Assembly (NCBI RefSeq): GCF_009834535.1
Contig: NC_045717.1
Span: forward strand, 20,212,001-20,276,000
DNA: 64,000 bases
Direction: 5' to 3'
From: Camelus ferus
Taxonomy: Eukaryota
Shown one piece after another: positions 39,621-57,670 of the stretch. Both the position numbers and the translations under genes were made by a program. Position 1 is the stretch's first letter. Each line of letters starts with the position of its first letter. Below the pieces are notes generated by a model, which did no database searches, was not told the DNA's origin, and saw only the letters and a list, made by a program, of their open reading frames with translations.

Positions 39621-41222
39621 GGGTTGAGGCCAAGGGTCGGAAAGGTTTTTATTCATTTTTACTTTAAGCAAAGGAGTAATTTACTCTTGATCTAACATTT
39701 AAGTAAAATGGTCAGCAGGAACGTGAGCCCAGGTCTTTGACTCTATATAGTCTCCCCAAGGGAAAAAGTGGGGTTCCAGAGATTTGAAAAGGGACTGAGC
39801 AGCCAAAAGGGAAAAGGAGTCCAAACCTCACTTCTTACTCATTAAGGATTCTCTTATGGGGTCATTGCCCTCTTCTCTTCCTAACCAAAGTTAAGTCCCC
39901 CAGAAGTCAGAACTTTTTGTCCGACTACAATTTAAACGATGATATTACGGTATTAAAAACAAAATAACCGAGGGTCTCGATCAGCACTTTAAGTTACCTG
40001 CAAAGAAATGGGATTTTATCAGGGCCTAGAGAGTACTGACTATTAAGTCTGCATAATCCGAACTCATGATTTAAAACGGAAATCTGGTAGTAGAGAAAAA
40101 GACGGATTTTAAGATACTTTGGGGTTGTTACTACATTTAGACAGCCCAAACTCAGGATTTGAAACATCTCAATATCCCCTTCTTTGTGCCTTTTCCAGAC
40201 AATCCCATGAATAAAACACTTGCCTAGACAATGAGAGACTTAAGTGGATCCTTATTAATATTATTTAATGGAATCACCCAAAACTAGAGACTTGTATTTA
40301 AAAAGATCAACCCCTCGTGGCTGACCTTGCCCTTACAGGCAGATCGGCTCCATAAAATAACTGCCCATATACAGAAGGTCCTTGAAATGCTAGGCACTTA
40401 ATTGCTAATATTAAAGATTAGAAGCATGTGTTTTAAACAGAAAAATTTCAATCTACTTTCCGCCAAAAAATATTTTGAGGAGGCTAGGTTCTTTCCACCA
40501 CATAATGAGCCAAACCTGAGAAAGTACTATCAGGTAACTGTGAAGTTACTTACATTTACTTACCAAGGACTCCAGGCTTTGGTAAGGAACAAAGCATGAT
40601 ATTTTGAGGCAGAAGTAAAATGCCACTAGCCCTTCTGAACTCCACTATAAACACAGACACAGCCTTTGCCAGTAATTCTGCCCTGGCCATCTGTATTCAT
40701 GCACTGCGCTAGGATCCCAGACCCTCTTGTTCCCATTTGAAATGACGAGGCTGCACCCAGCACAGATGCAGAGGGTGCACTGCTTATTCATGGGGATACA
40801 GCCTAGAAAGGAGAGTTCGCTAGTGAAATGGATACCATTGTTTAATTTGGGAGGTGGGATTAGAAGGAAGTTCCAGAGTGGTCAGAGTCAAATGACGCAG
40901 AAATTCAGACAGTGGAACGTCTCTTCTCACTGCAACTTGCTCTGCTCCCTGCTATAATCATTAACAACCCTAGGCCCTCACCTCGAGGCTTCTCCACTTA
41001 CAGGACCACCAAGAGCTGCTCCTACCTCCAGTGGATGCAAATATTTGGGGGGGGGGGGAGGGAGAGGGAAGACACTAATTTTATGTTAAAGAGAAGCCCT
41101 GAGGGGACCTACGTAGATGCCTCTAAGGAGCCAAGCAGAACCTGAGGCCAGGAATGGGGTTGGTGTAAAACTACTGCACCAGATGTGAATCTCCCATTTG
41201 GATGAATCTCATTTGAGAACTA

Positions 41223-41425
41223 CAGTTGAACCTTGAACACATGGGGGTTAGGGGTCCTGACCCTCCCTGAAGTTGAAAATCTGAGTACAACTTTACAGTT
41301 GGCCCTGTAGGGTCCTGCACCTGCGAATACAACCAACCACAGATTGTGTAGTACTGTAGTAAGTATTCATTGAAAAAAAGAGTGCACCTATGCAGTTCAA
41401 ACACATGTTGTTCAAGAATCAACTG
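41223..41425. mobile_element. Tigger2a-like MITE
   Basis: Terminal inverted repeats cagttgaaccttgaaca / tgttcaagaatcaactg with TA TSDs. Confidence 0.8.
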
Positions 41426-41429
41426 TAAT

Positions 41430-42830
41430 GAGGTATATCCATTATAGAATCATACTATATACTTTCACTGCCCTAAAAATCCTCTATACTTCACCTATTC
41501 ATCCCCCCATCACTCCCACCAATCTCTGGCAACCACTGATCTCCATAATTTTGCCTTTTCCAGAATGTTACATAGCTGGAAGCATACAGTATGTAACCTT
41601 TCCAGATTGGCTTCTTTTACTCAGTAACATGCATTTAAGTTTTCTACAGGTCTTTGCATGGCTTGATAGCACATTCCTTTCAAGCACTGGATAATATTAC
41701 ATTGTACAAATGTACCATGGTTTATTCATCCATTCACCTTTTGAAGGACATCTTAACTGCTTTTAAGTTTTGGCAATTATGAATAAAACTACCGTAAACA
41801 TTCATGTGCAAAGAAACAAAAACCCCAAAAGCATACATGTGCCAGTTTTTGTGTGGACATTAAGTTTTCGGCTTACTTGGGTAAATATCAAGGATTATGA
41901 ATACTGTATCATTTGGTAGGACTATGTTTGGTTTTGTAAGAAACTGCCAAATTGTTTTCTAAAGTGGCTGTACAATTTTGTATTCCCACCAGCCAAGAAT
42001 GAGATTTCCTGTTGCTTTGCATCTTGTCTTCTCACTCTCTTGACAACACCTTTCGAGAGCCAAAGTTTTAAATTTTAATGAAGTCCAGTTTATCAATTAT
42101 TTCTTTTATGAATCATGCCTTCTGTGTTATATTTAAAAAGGTAGTGCCACACTCATGGTCTTCTAGGTTTTCTCCTATGTTATCTTGTAGGAGTTTCATA
42201 GTTGTGTGTTTTACACGTAGGGCTATAATGCATTTTGAGTTAATTTTTGTGAAAAATATAAGGTTTGTGTCTAGATTTATTCTTTTGCATAAGTTCCAGC
42301 ACCATTTGTTGAAGAGAATTATATTTATTACATACCATTTCCTTTGCTCCTTTGTCTAAAATCAGTTGATAATATTTCTGTGGGTATATTTCTAAGCTCT
42401 CTGTTCTAGTTTATCAATCAATTTGTTTATTTTCTACCAATACCACACTGTCTTGATTAATGTAGCTTTATAGTAAATCTTGAAGGTGAGTAGTGTAAAT
42501 CCTCTAACTTTGTTTTTCTTCTTCAATATTGTGCTGGCTATTCTGCATCTTGCCTCTCCATATAAATATTAGAATCAGTCTGTTGATATCCACAGAATAA
42601 GTTGCTGTGGGAATTTGATTGGATTGAATCTATTAGTCGATCTTGGAAGAACTAACATCTTGACCATATTGAGTCTTTTTATTCATGAATGTGAAATAGG
42701 TGTCTATTATTTAGTTCTTTGATTTCATTCATCAGTTTCGTAGTTTTCTTCATACAGAACTTGCATATATTATGTTGTGCTAATTCAAATGACATTGTGT
42801 TCTTAATTTCAAATTCTGTTTGTTCAATGC
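41430..42830 (-). mobile_element. Old L1MB-like fragment
   Basis: Reverse L1 3'UTR and ORF2 wording (ttgccttttccagaatgt, tttggcaattatgaataaa, ccagcaccatttgttgaagaga). Confidence 0.8.
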
Positions 42831-43093
42831 TGGTGTATAGGAAAATGATTGATGATGGTTTCACAGACGTGTGTGTGTGTGCATCAAAACTTAAATTGTA
42901 CAGTTGGTTGTACAGCAATTATATTTCAATAGACCTGTTCATTAACTTAAAAAAACTCAAGAATAACTCAAATGAAAGACTCTAAACAAGAGAAAAAGAC
43001 ATTTGAACATACACTTCACCAAAGATATACAGATGACAAGCATATGAAAAGCTGCTCAGCATCATTGGTCTTTAAAATTATGGGTCTATCTTG

Positions 43094-43095
<2 letters not shown>

Positions 43096-43130
<35 letters not shown>
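43096..43130. repeat. (CA)17 microsatellite
   Basis: Uninterrupted AC run. Confidence 0.95.
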
Positions 43131-43134
<4 letters not shown>

Positions 43135-43299
43135 AACAATTCATTTAAATAAAAATTCCCTTGGTTTTCTTTTCCAGTATCAATTTTCTTGTACACAGAA
43201 AGTGCAAATCTGTACTCCAAACATCCCCAAATTACTTACACTTTTAGGTTTTATTTAAAAACCTTTTAGGTTTTATTTTAAAAACTTTTTATAACAAAA

Positions 43300-47533
<4,234 letters not shown>

Positions 47534-48554
47534 CTTGAGGAGAAGAAACAAAACCCGAGAATCCTGGCTGCCCACAGTTTCCATATGCACAAGCCTGGAA
47601 GCCACAACACACTAATTCTAAATGAACACACATACACACACACATGCCATAAAATGCCCTGGCAGCCTGTCTCATCTGAAGTTAGAAATAGGGCCTGGGG
47701 CTTTGATGAACAGGAAGAAGAGTTTAATAACCTAATCCCATTTTTACAGATAAAGAAATGAAAGTCCAGAGAGGTAAAGTTTTTTTTTGTTTTTTTTGTT
47801 TTTTTGGCCAAGAACTCATCATGTGATTAAGCAGAACCTCTCCCACAAAAAACATGCATACTTACCCCTTTTTCCCAAATCCCAGGATTTAGACAATAGG
47901 ATATTCTTATCTACTTAAGCCCGCTCCTAGACAGCCAGAAGCAGACTGCATAGACCCAGACCACAAGACAGGCTGTTCACAGGCCAGTTAAGGCACCATC
48001 TCTGAAAAGAGCATCAAGGACTTACTATAAGGGAAAAGATAAATTGCTGGCATCCTGTGAATCTGATAGCTGAAATCTGCCTTAACACATCTTATTCCTG
48101 GAGTCTCTTCAAGACAGTGTCTGAATTTAGTGGATAAGTCAATCTCAATTCCTCTTTATTAAGTAGTAGTGGGAGTCTTGCCTTGTACCATCAATCTTTA
48201 AGCAGTAGGCATTACTTATTTGTCATCAAGCATCATTCATTAGCCATCTCTCTGCAGAAGAGTTATATTATGTGAAAGTCACTAGAGACTGTAGACCACA
48301 TGCATATAAATAAGTAATAATTGCCATTTACTAAGTACTCATTATGTGCCAGAAAACGTGGAAGCTCATATAATTATCAACATAGTTATTATTACTGTCA
48401 GTCAATAGTTGAGGCAATCTGTGTTCACTCAGGAGCAGTAACTGGCTCAAGATCCAATTAGGAAGTGGTGAGCCAGAGTCTGAATGCACGTTACTCTGTC
48501 CCAAAAGCCTGAGCCCCTGAGGTTATTGTTATTCTCCAACATAACTGGACAATG

Positions 48555-49700
48555 ACCATGAAATGGTGTGTGGGGAATGATTAACTTAGCAGGTCTGGGT
48601 TGCTCAGATCCTGCACTTCCCTGAGAAAAGCTTGTCTTCAGGACTCACCCTTGGCTAGGCTTGTGGCAAAGGACTGCTGAGCCCATGGAATATCCTGCCT
48701 GGTGAGTGGTTCTGTATGCCTGAAGCCTTGTGCTACTCAGTACCAGCCTGAGCAGACAGTTTATGTTAATGATGTGATGTATGGTGAGCATCTGTTTTTA
48801 TATAACCTAACAGTTTGAACTCAGGCTGAAGCCTGAGTGGTTGAAGTCAGTCATGCAGGTGCTGCATGTCTACATGACTTGTCCCCAGTTAAAATTTTAA
48901 CACCAAAGCTCAGGTGCTATAGACTGAACGTTTGTTGCCCCCCTGACCCACGCACTGCTCTACCTCCATTCATAATTGAAACCTAATCCTTAATGTGATG
49001 GTATTTGGAGGTGGGGCCTTTGAGAGGTGATTAGGCTTATCAACAAAGAAAACATCTGGATAACAAAATAGCAAAGGAATTAATTTTATTCAGGAGAGTA
49101 TGAGGCCTGCAGCCTGGGAGACACAGATTCAGTCATACAATTGAGCTATGTTCCACCACATGAAAGTTACAGTGAAGCTTATAAAGGCAAAAATCACAAG
49201 ATCATTATATCTACATAAGCACGTTTGTCTGTTTATCTTGTCCTGGTTTCATTTGACTGGTTGGCTTGCATGTTTGCTGTGTAGGATATTTGATTTTAGC
49301 TTAAGCAAGCAAGACACACATTTCACTGCTCAGAATACACAATGCTGGGCTCTTGGAAGAGGCATTCATAGAACTTTCATGATCCTGATAACTGGTTTAA
49401 CTGAGATGCATAAGGGTCTCCTGAACAATTGCTTTTCATTAAATTCCAGTCCAACAGATAAACTCGAAATTGTCTCTATTTTGCTCCAAACCTTAACCTA
49501 TATTTATAATTTGTTTATCTTGCCCTATCCCATAAGGGCGGGAGGCAAGACTGAGGGGTTGTACTCCACTGGGACCTATTAACCATAGACTGTCCCAAAG
49601 ACCAGGCAGCCGTTCAACTGATATGGGATCCATCTGAGCCTAAACTTCCTTCAAAATAAAAACCCTGTGGAGTACAGCTGTACAACATTCAAGGTAACTG
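48555..49700. mobile_element. Cluster of LTR relics (MER21-like, an MLT1 5' piece at about 48917-49035, and a reverse ERV1-type segment)
   Basis: tgtgtggggaatgattaactt...; tgctatagactgaacgtttg...ggtatttggaggtggggcctttg; reversed poly(A) signal near 49085. Family calls are tentative. Confidence 0.55.
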
Positions 49701-49865
49701 TGGATTGAAGCAATTCCTGCTGTGGATGCTTTCACTGGTTTACAATCCAGAGGCCCAAACTCTCCAAATATGCCATCGTTTCAACCAAACGTGGCAAAAA
49801 CTGAGATACTTACCAAACTTGAATAACCAACAGCCACAGCCAGAGCCATTCCGCCGAGTGCTCAC

Positions 49866-50400
49866 CGGGACCCGGGGACAGGGGGACGTTGGAGCCAGAG
49901 TCGCCGTGACGAGAACGACGGAGAAGCTTTTCCTTCTGGACAAAAGACCCAAAGGCTGCACTGGAGGCTTTTGAAAAGGGGAGCACGGCGGCTGGAGAAA
50001 AGGCCTGGCCGACGCGCCTCCTCCCGGCGCTGCCGCCGGGACCCCTGACGGGCGGAGCTGGGACAGGGCTCTCGGGGGAAGGGCCGCCGCCCGGGAGCGC
50101 CGGCGGGAGGCGGGGTCAGCGTGCGAGGCCAGCGCCCCTGGACCTCGAGCCTCGCATTTGGTCTCTTCCCCTCCGAGTCGCCACAAGGAGAGGGGACACC
50201 AAGAGGCAAAAATTTCACCTCAGACCCCGGCGGGAGCTCGCCGATAACATAGCCGCCGCTTTGCGCACGCGCACTTCCAGTAAACGTTAGGGGCGGGTCC
50301 TCGGAGGTGGGCGGAACCCGACGGCCGCCGCTTCCGCCAGCCGCGAGCCGAGGAGAAATGCCGTTTCTACCCGCATCGATGTGATGGGGTGCTGGGTCCG
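49866..50400 (-). promoter_or_regulatory. CpG-island promoter and exon 1 of the ZNF559 locus
   Basis: Very CpG-dense; tgcgcacgcgcacttcc (NRF1 plus ETS) at about 50262-50278; donor CCG|gtgagc at 49866. Confidence 0.78.
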
Positions 50401-50449
50401 GATCCAAGACAATAGGATAGCTGGTTCTGTGGATATCAGTCAGCCCTCT

Positions 50450-51650
50450 TCTCCAGCTGCTCTTTTCTCCCCAGTGGGCTCCTAAACAAATAGCCATGGT
50501 GGCAGGGATGAACAATACGGACTACAACTCAACAAGGCTGATTTGCTAAAACCCATGCTGGGTGCCTGCCAAATATGCCAACAGCAACACCAACTTCCTC
50601 AGCCATTTACCAGGTGGCAGGTTGATTGGACCACATCTATCACGTAAAGGGAAGTGATTGCTTTTTAGTGGAATAAACACTTAATTCTGGGTATGAGTTT
50701 GCCTTCTGTGTCTTCAGTGCTTCTGTCAAAACCACCATCTGAGACTTAAAGAATACCTAGGCACTCTCACGTTATTCCACCAAGTAGCACTTCTATAACC
50801 AAGGAACTCATTTTATAGCAAATGAAGTGTACCAATGGGCCAGTGCCCATGAAATCTTTAACACTTTTAGAAATTCATGTAACTGTTCTAGATCAGCCTT
50901 TTGAAGATTCAGTTGTGGTGCCAACTAGATAGCTAAGCCTTGCAGGGCTGGGGGCAATGACCTCCAGGATGTGTATGATTTAAATCAGCATCCAGTATAT
51001 GGTGCTGTCTCTCCCACAGCCAGGATTTATGGGTCTAGGAATTAAGGGCTGGAAATGGGAATGGTTCCTCTTACTATTACTCCATTAGGAAAATTTTGCT
51101 TCCATCTCCACGACAGGTTGTGTTGATTCAGAAGTCTTCGCTCTGAAGACTGGAATTCTTCCACCAGGGGACATAATAATGCTTCTATTGCACTGGAAGT
51201 CAAGACTGCCACTTGACCACTTTGGGATCATCAAAGAATCAACAAACGGCAGGGAGGGTATGGCTCAGTGGTAGAGTGCATGTTTACCATGCACAAGGTC
51301 CTGGGTTCAATCTCCAGTACCTCCATAAATAAACAAACAAGTAAACAAATAAATCTAATTACCCCGCCAAATAAAATAAACTTTAAAAGTACAAGAAAAA
51401 AAAAAAAAGAAAAAAATCAACAAAGAAGGGAGGGGCAGTTACTATACCAGTTGGGGTGATTGATCCTGATTACCAAGGGGAAATTGGGTTGCGACTACAC
51501 AGTAGGAGTAAGGATATGTCTGGGACATAGGAGATCTAGGGCATCTCTTAATATTCTTTTATCCTGTGAGTAAAGTCAGTGGAAATCTCCACAATCCAAT
51601 TCAGGTGGGACTACTAATGTCTCAGACCCCTCAGAATGAAGTTTTGAGTC
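50450..51650 (+). mobile_element. ERV-L internal fragment (integrase end plus dUTPase)
   Basis: ERVL pol wording (gccatggtggcagggatg, tggcaggttgattggacc, ccaaggaactcattttatagca) and dUTPase motif 3 GVIDPDYQGEIGL at 51453-51491. Confidence 0.82.
51250..51415 (+). mobile_element. tRNA-Ala-derived SINE inserted in the ERV-L dUTPase
   Basis: gggagggtatggctcagtggtagagtgcatg...ctgggttcaatctcc plus A-tail; TSD aatcaacaaa. Confidence 0.9.
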
Positions 51651-51669
51651 ACTCTATTAAGCAAAGGAC

Positions 51670-52180
51670 ATGATCAGTTGAAGTCAAAGGACATACAGAA
51701 TGGGTAGGGGAAGAAGGTAGAAGGGAGTGAGGACTGCAGAACTCTTGGCACATAACAACTCATCCAAATTCCTACTCCAAGAAACTTGACCAGTCTAACA
51801 TCTAGGCTTCTAGTAGGGGTCCCTAGGATGACCCCAGCACTGCCAGGAAAATTTACTGTTTTAGCCAATACCTGATGATAGGCCCCTGACCTCTGGTTCT
51901 TAGAGCTTTTCCTAAAAAGGGTTTATCATTGTGAATATGTATCTCTCACAACTCTGAAGTGTATCTGAGGACCCAAGAGCCATTCCTTTGAAATGTAATC
52001 ATCAGGACAGATAGCGCCTCTGTCTCCCAGTCTCTGTCTTCCAGTATCTGGGACTCCCCTACACAGTGGCCCAGGGTAAGTCCTTTGTCCACTTTCTCCA
52101 GCTTCTTCCTTGCTCCACCTGAGAGATCTGGATAAGTGACATGCTGCTTGGGGACAAAAGCAAACAATGAGGTAAGACAG
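51670..52180 (+). mobile_element. Probable ERV1-type LTR relic
   Basis: ccattcctttgaaatgtaatcatcaggacagatagcgcctctgtctcccagtctctgt is a MER34-like block. Confidence 0.5.
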
Positions 52181-53149
52181 TGAAGGACAATAAGCACTTT
52201 TTAAAATTGTGATAAAATATACATAAAATAAAATTTATTACTTTAGGCATTTAAGTGGACAACTCAGTGGCATTAAGTACAATTGCAATGCTGTGCAACT
52301 ACCCCCGCTATCCATCTCCAAAACTTTTCCGTTACCCCAAAACTGTAGAGTAACAAACACTTTTATGAGATTGGCTCAATTCTTTGGTCTCCAGGGTGTC
52401 TGGAGATGAGAAAGTGTGTGTCTAAACTGAGGATGTTGAATTTGTGCTCAGCACAGTAAAACTCTAACAAGGTCTCATTCCAAAAACTTCCTCTCTATGC
52501 CCCACGGTGACCTCTGAAGTGGATGCTGACATTTAGACACTTCGAAGAGCCTCCAGGGAGAATCAGCCTCCCTTGGGATTGAACTTGAAACGACAGGACA
52601 AAATTAACTTTCTGGACACCATTATCCCCTTTAGTCTTATCCTATTACTATTGGTGTCTGTTTTGTACATCTCCCACAGATGATGACATTGTTCTAAACA
52701 CTCTGGTATGAGTGGTAATGAACAATCACATTATCCTAGACTTCCTGATTTGTTTCTGACTTTGTAACATAGTTCGAGAGACCCTGCACAAACAAGAAGA
52801 AAAAGAAATGAGTTACAACAAGAAAAAAATATGCACAGTAAATTTTATTTATATTGGAAGTCCAAAATAGTGAACTGACAACTATTACAGGTCAGCAAGG
52901 TTTCCAGGTAAAAGGACCTACATAAATATTACCAGACTTCCTCTACATGAGTAGCAATCAATAAAATGACGAAAGGGGAAACTGAAGTCCTAATGAAAAC
53001 ACTGAATGAATGGATTGTAGATCTCATGGATTGATATATACTTCGTTATTGTACGTATGTGGACCCTATGTATAGCAACGTGGAGAAGGGGAGGTACAAA
53101 CGGAACTGATGAGTATCTCATTCTCCGGGTTTGGAGAGCCTGGATGGGA

Positions 53150-54090
53150 GGCCCTAAACCCTAATCCAGCCCCAATCTAGTCACCTCAGCCCCGCCCCCT
53201 AGACCTCACGAACCTCGGCTCGGAGGAATTTTCAGCTAAGTCCCACCCCTCCGTCTGGTCCCACCCTAAGCCCGGCTCTTTGGAATATTCAACTAAGCCA
53301 CGCCCCTAGGCCTGATCTCGCCCCAGCTACGCCCCACGGGCCCAGTCAACCAAGCCCTGCCACTGGCCGGTCCAACTCCAGCCTCGTCGACCTCCAGTTC
53401 TACGTTGACCTGGCCGCAGAACCCAAATACATCTCTCCGCGGGAGGAAATTACCTTTTCTCCTCTTGCGGCTGTAAAAACCCCTACCAAACCCTCCCTCC
53501 TTTCTACGTAACACACAGTTCCCAGCCCCCAAGGCCCCGCCCCTTACGCTGTGCGCGGCGCAGAAACCAGAAGCAGCGGTGCATTTCTGCGCGTGCGCAA
53601 ATTGGCGGCCATGTCCCCGGTCACCCCCATCGGTGTCTGAGGTAAATTTTCGCCTCCGTCCAAGTCTTACCTAGTTCGGCCCAGCCCGCCCCAGGTCCGG
53701 TGTGCGGGAGCCGGAAATCTCGACCTTGGGGTCATTGGTCTAAAGGCGGCCTCTCGAGCTTTGCCTGCCGTTTCCCGCCGGGACCCTGCGCCCAGGGGCC
53801 TCCAGCCGCCGCGGCGCTTCCTCAGAGACCCAGGCGCAGTTGGTCCCAAACTCCCTGAATCAGGAACTCTGTGCTGGTCCAGCAGTCGGAGTGAGTCTGC
53901 CGCAGGCGAGAGTTGGAGCGCCGTCCTCGTACTTAATCGGCCTCCAAAAGCATCCTTTTGCTCTCTTTCCAGAAAGAAAAAGCATCCCTGCCATTCGGGT
54001 CACGGGGACGAGAGCCTCAACCTCGTCTGTACGTTGGTCTGTGGATTTCGACCTGTTCGGTGAGCACGGGGTGACATTTGCCTAACGCCG
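53150..54090 (+). promoter_or_regulatory. ZNF699 CpG-island promoter and exon 1 (donor ctgag|gtaaat at 53641/53642)
   Basis: Multiple GC boxes, NRF1 tgcgcgtgcgca (about 53588-53599) and YY1-like ggcggccatg; CpG-dense. Confidence 0.78.
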
Positions 54091-55424
54091 CCCCCATGTC
54101 TCCCTTCCTGGTGCAAGAGATCTTATTTAACCTGTGGTTTTTTTTTTCTTGCCTGTGGGCATCAGTTTACTACATTATATTTAAGTACGTGAACCGATTA
54201 CTTAGTATCTTTTTTAACCCCCCTCCTTGCCCAATGCAGCTCTAAATGTTAATCATTTATCTGTAGATTTTTTTTTTTGGAATGTCACACTCAAAGTGTG
54301 ATCGTATGCCAGTTTCAGCGTTTTCTGTTTAATTCCTTGTGCCTGATACTCTTTTTACTTCTTTAGTGCATTTGCCAGGACTTTCAGTTCAATGTAGAAT
54401 AGCATATTTATTGCATCCTTGCCCTGTTCCTAATCCCAGAGGGAGTTATTCTGCCGTTTCACCATTAAATGGGATGTTTGCTATAGCCGTTTGTAGATAA
54501 TACATTTTTTTCCCTAGTTAAAACCTATTACCCTCTAGCCGTAGTGAGTTTCAGGTTATTATCACCAATTGATATAGATCAGTCATTTTTGTATGGAAGG
54601 GGATGAGTCATATGATTTTTTTCTGTTAATGTGTTGAATTAGTCATTTTTAACCATCCTTCATTCCTACGAGGAAACAAGCTTTGTGACTATTGTCTTCA
54701 TTATTCATTTCTGGACTGTGCTAATATTTTAANNNNNNNNNNNNNNNNNNNNNNNNNNNNNNNNNNNNNNNNNNNNNNNNNNNNNNNNNNNNNNNNNNNN
54801 NNNNNNNNNNNNNNNNNNNNNNNNNNNNNNNNNNNNNNNNNNNNNNNNNNNNNNNNNNNNNNNNNNNNNNNNNTCTGGTCTTGTAAATACTCAGGAAAAC
54901 AGTCCCCCCCCCCAAAAGAGTGGAATTTTGAATCCCTTACTTATTTGGTGAGCCTGCCTGTAAAACAATCTATAACTTATGTTTTTTTTTTGTGAGTATG
55001 TTATAAATTGCTACTTTTTAAAAAAATGACTGTAATCAGGTTTTGTTTTGGTTTTTTTGATCATTGCTGGAAATTTGTACTTCTGTCTAGACATTCATTC
55101 ATTACTGTACATTTTCATGTCTCTTAATTTTCTGTTGCATTCTACTTGCAACATCTGTAATTATGACTCATTCATAACTACTTTCGTCTATGCTCTGTTG
55201 TTAAATTGCTAAGGATTTGTTGATTTTACTAGTTTTCAAAGGATGCATTGTTAGCTTTTCTGATTCTGTTTGTTACAAGTTTTTAAGAATATTGTGAATT
55301 TTGTCCGTATTTATTGTTATTTCTAAACCTTTATGCTATTCTTCTTCCACCCTTCTAAGTCAATGGTTAGCCCATTGATACTGATTTTTTTTTCTTCTGT
55401 GGGAATTGATGATACTTATAAATA

Positions 55425-55621
55425 CAGTTAACCCTTGAACAACATGGGTTTGAAATGCATGGGTCCATTTACACGTGAATTTTTTTCAATAGTAAATACT
55501 ACAGTACTGCAACAGTTTGTTGAATTCTTGGATATGAGGGCTGACTATGAATTACACTCGGATTTTTGAGTACAGGAGGGTGGGTGCCCCTAATCCTCAC
55601 ATTTTATATAGGGGTCAGCTG
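55425..55621. mobile_element. Tigger2a-like MITE (opposite orientation to the copy at 41223)
   Basis: ta|cagttaacccttgaacaacatgggtttgaa ... ggggtcagctg. Confidence 0.78.
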
Positions 55622-55679
55622 TCTATAGATATATGTGCCACACCAGCTGCGGATTTCCAGTGTTATCTGAAAGTTATTT

Positions 55680-55810
55680 TATTTATATTTTTTATTTTTG
55701 GGGGGGGTAATTAGATTTGTTTATTTATTTTTAGACGAAGTACTGGGGATTGAACCCAGGACCTCATGTATGCTAAGCATGCACCCTACCACTTGAGCTA
55801 TACCCTACCC
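55680..55810 (-). mobile_element. tRNA-Ala-derived SINE
   Basis: tactggggattgaacccaggacctcatgtatgctaagcatgcaccctaccacttgagctataccct; near-TSD gttattttа-like repeat tgaaa(ta)gttatttta on both sides. Confidence 0.88.
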
Positions 55811-57343
55811 TGAAATAGTTATTTTAATTTTCTGCTTCTACCCTGCCACATAGTCTTGACTTGCTAAAGATAAATATGTGTGTATCTCCTTATCCCTGTA
55901 ATGTGATGCATTTTTAGCATTTATCACCACCTGATAATATTTGTTAATTTACTGTCCTCCCTCAGAATGTTATAACACCCACTTGCTTCAGGATTTTTCC
56001 ATTTTGTTCAGGGCTGTAATCTCCTGTGACTGCATGTAGCAGGATAGGGTAAATATTACCTAAATTAATATGAAATGAAGGAGCAGGAGGTGGGGATCTT
56101 AAGGGAAGCATCCTTGCTGAAGACAGAGCTTAGTCAAGAGAAGGAGCTCAAAGATGACAATAGACTACTTCATTTGCCTGCTGTCCCTTGTGTGCCCAAC
56201 AGGGGTCTAGGCCAGACCCTGGTAATGTTAGGGAATAAGAGCTTCGGTAACAACTAAACTGTAAGATATATGTTCAGAAATACATTCATTGTTCATTTAG
56301 GCTTTGAAGGTAAATAGACCTGCGTACATACCCTGCCTCAGCAGCCTTCTGATTGAGTAACATTGAGTGCATAGTTAATTGACTCTTTTCCAAGATTCTT
56401 CAGCTATACTAGTTGTAATAATATCTGATTTGCGGAGTTCCTATGAAAAATAATCTCTTTGTGAAGTCATTGTCACATCATGGTTGCCCAAATGAAACAT
56501 GTTAGTAAAGAATGTTCCAGTTTTTATTGGCCTTCAAATACATACTTGATCCACTGCAGTGGGAAAAACTTGTGTTTTCATTATTTGAAATCTGTGCAGT
56601 AGTACTTCAGATATCACTGAGAAATGACACATGTTGCTAGCTTCCCTTCAAGTGTTCCTGTTCTGCTGCTGCTGTACCTACTGCACAGGCAGGATTGAGC
56701 ATGAGAAGCACAGCATGGCAGGCTTCTCTGCCGCCTGCGTGTGGAGTTCAGTCGGCTGGTGCTCCTGGGACCCTGCAGCACTGGAGGGCGGCCGGGTCCA
56801 GTAGACAGGGGCGGAGCAGTAATGCACGTTAGCCTGCCGGGAGGTGCAGAAAGAAACATTGGGAGTAGAGTCCCCAGAGGTCTGGTGTATAAGTCACTGC
56901 TTTCTTGGATTTGAGATGGAGCATATATTCTTACTAATGAATGCATTATCTAATATTTTTTATTCTTTTCATTATCATAGGTAAATAGATAGCTAAATTT
57001 TTTTAGACTTCAGTTAACTTGCTTGCAAAATGGGACTGTTCACCTCTTTTTTTTTAATGATCAATGAGAACCAGAGGACTGTTTTTTAGTGGAGCTAAGA
57101 TTACTCCACCTTCTTTTTTTTTGTTCTACCTTCTTACAAGATCAGTGTGTATTTGATTGGGTGTCTTGGGAGCGTGTGTGTGTGTGTGTGTGTGTTCTGA
57201 GGGGAGTGGTCACTTACAACAGATGTGCTGCAGCATCCACAGTCTTGAGTGTGGAAACTGTGGGGAGACCTGGATTCTCATGTCTTCTTTGTCCTACCTC
57301 AGCTCTAACTTCTCAATACTCTGCTTTTCTTTATGAAGGGAAC

Positions 57344-57391
57344 ATGGAGGAAGAAAGAATAGCTGCTGAGTTACAGAAGACTGTGACACAG
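57344..57391 (+). CDS. ZNF699: ZNF699 first coding segment (exon 57303-57391)
   Basis: MEEERIAAELQKTVTQ|gtaag; human is MEEERKTAELQK as I recall it. Confidence 0.85.
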
Positions 57392-57464
57392 GTAAGTAAG
57401 AGCTAATGATTCTCCAAAAGAATATTTCAGTTCCACCAGGTCATCAGTCTCCTAATTGTTTAAG

Positions 57465-57670
57465 CAGGAGTCAGCAGCTTGTTTCTGTACTGGGCCACAG
57501 AGTAAGCATTTTAGGCTTTGAAGGCCATAGAGTTTCTATTTTAACTCAGTTCTGCCATTTTACTGTGAAAGCAGCCTTAGACGGTCTATAAACAAATGTC
57601 TTATTGTGTGCCAATAAAACTTTACTTACACAAACAGGATTTAGCTCATGTACCATAATTTTCAGACCCC
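57465..57670. mobile_element. MER58A-like hAT MITE
   Basis: gggccacagagtaagcattttaggctttg...tgtgccaataaaactttactt...cagacccctg. Confidence 0.75.

Noticed and set aside
39022-39671. Long GC-rich ORFs (203 aa etc.), likewise at 49740-50515, 25075-25485 and 53761-54085
   Set aside because: Pro/Arg/Gly-rich ORFs on both strands are expected in stop-poor CpG islands; no recognisable domain.
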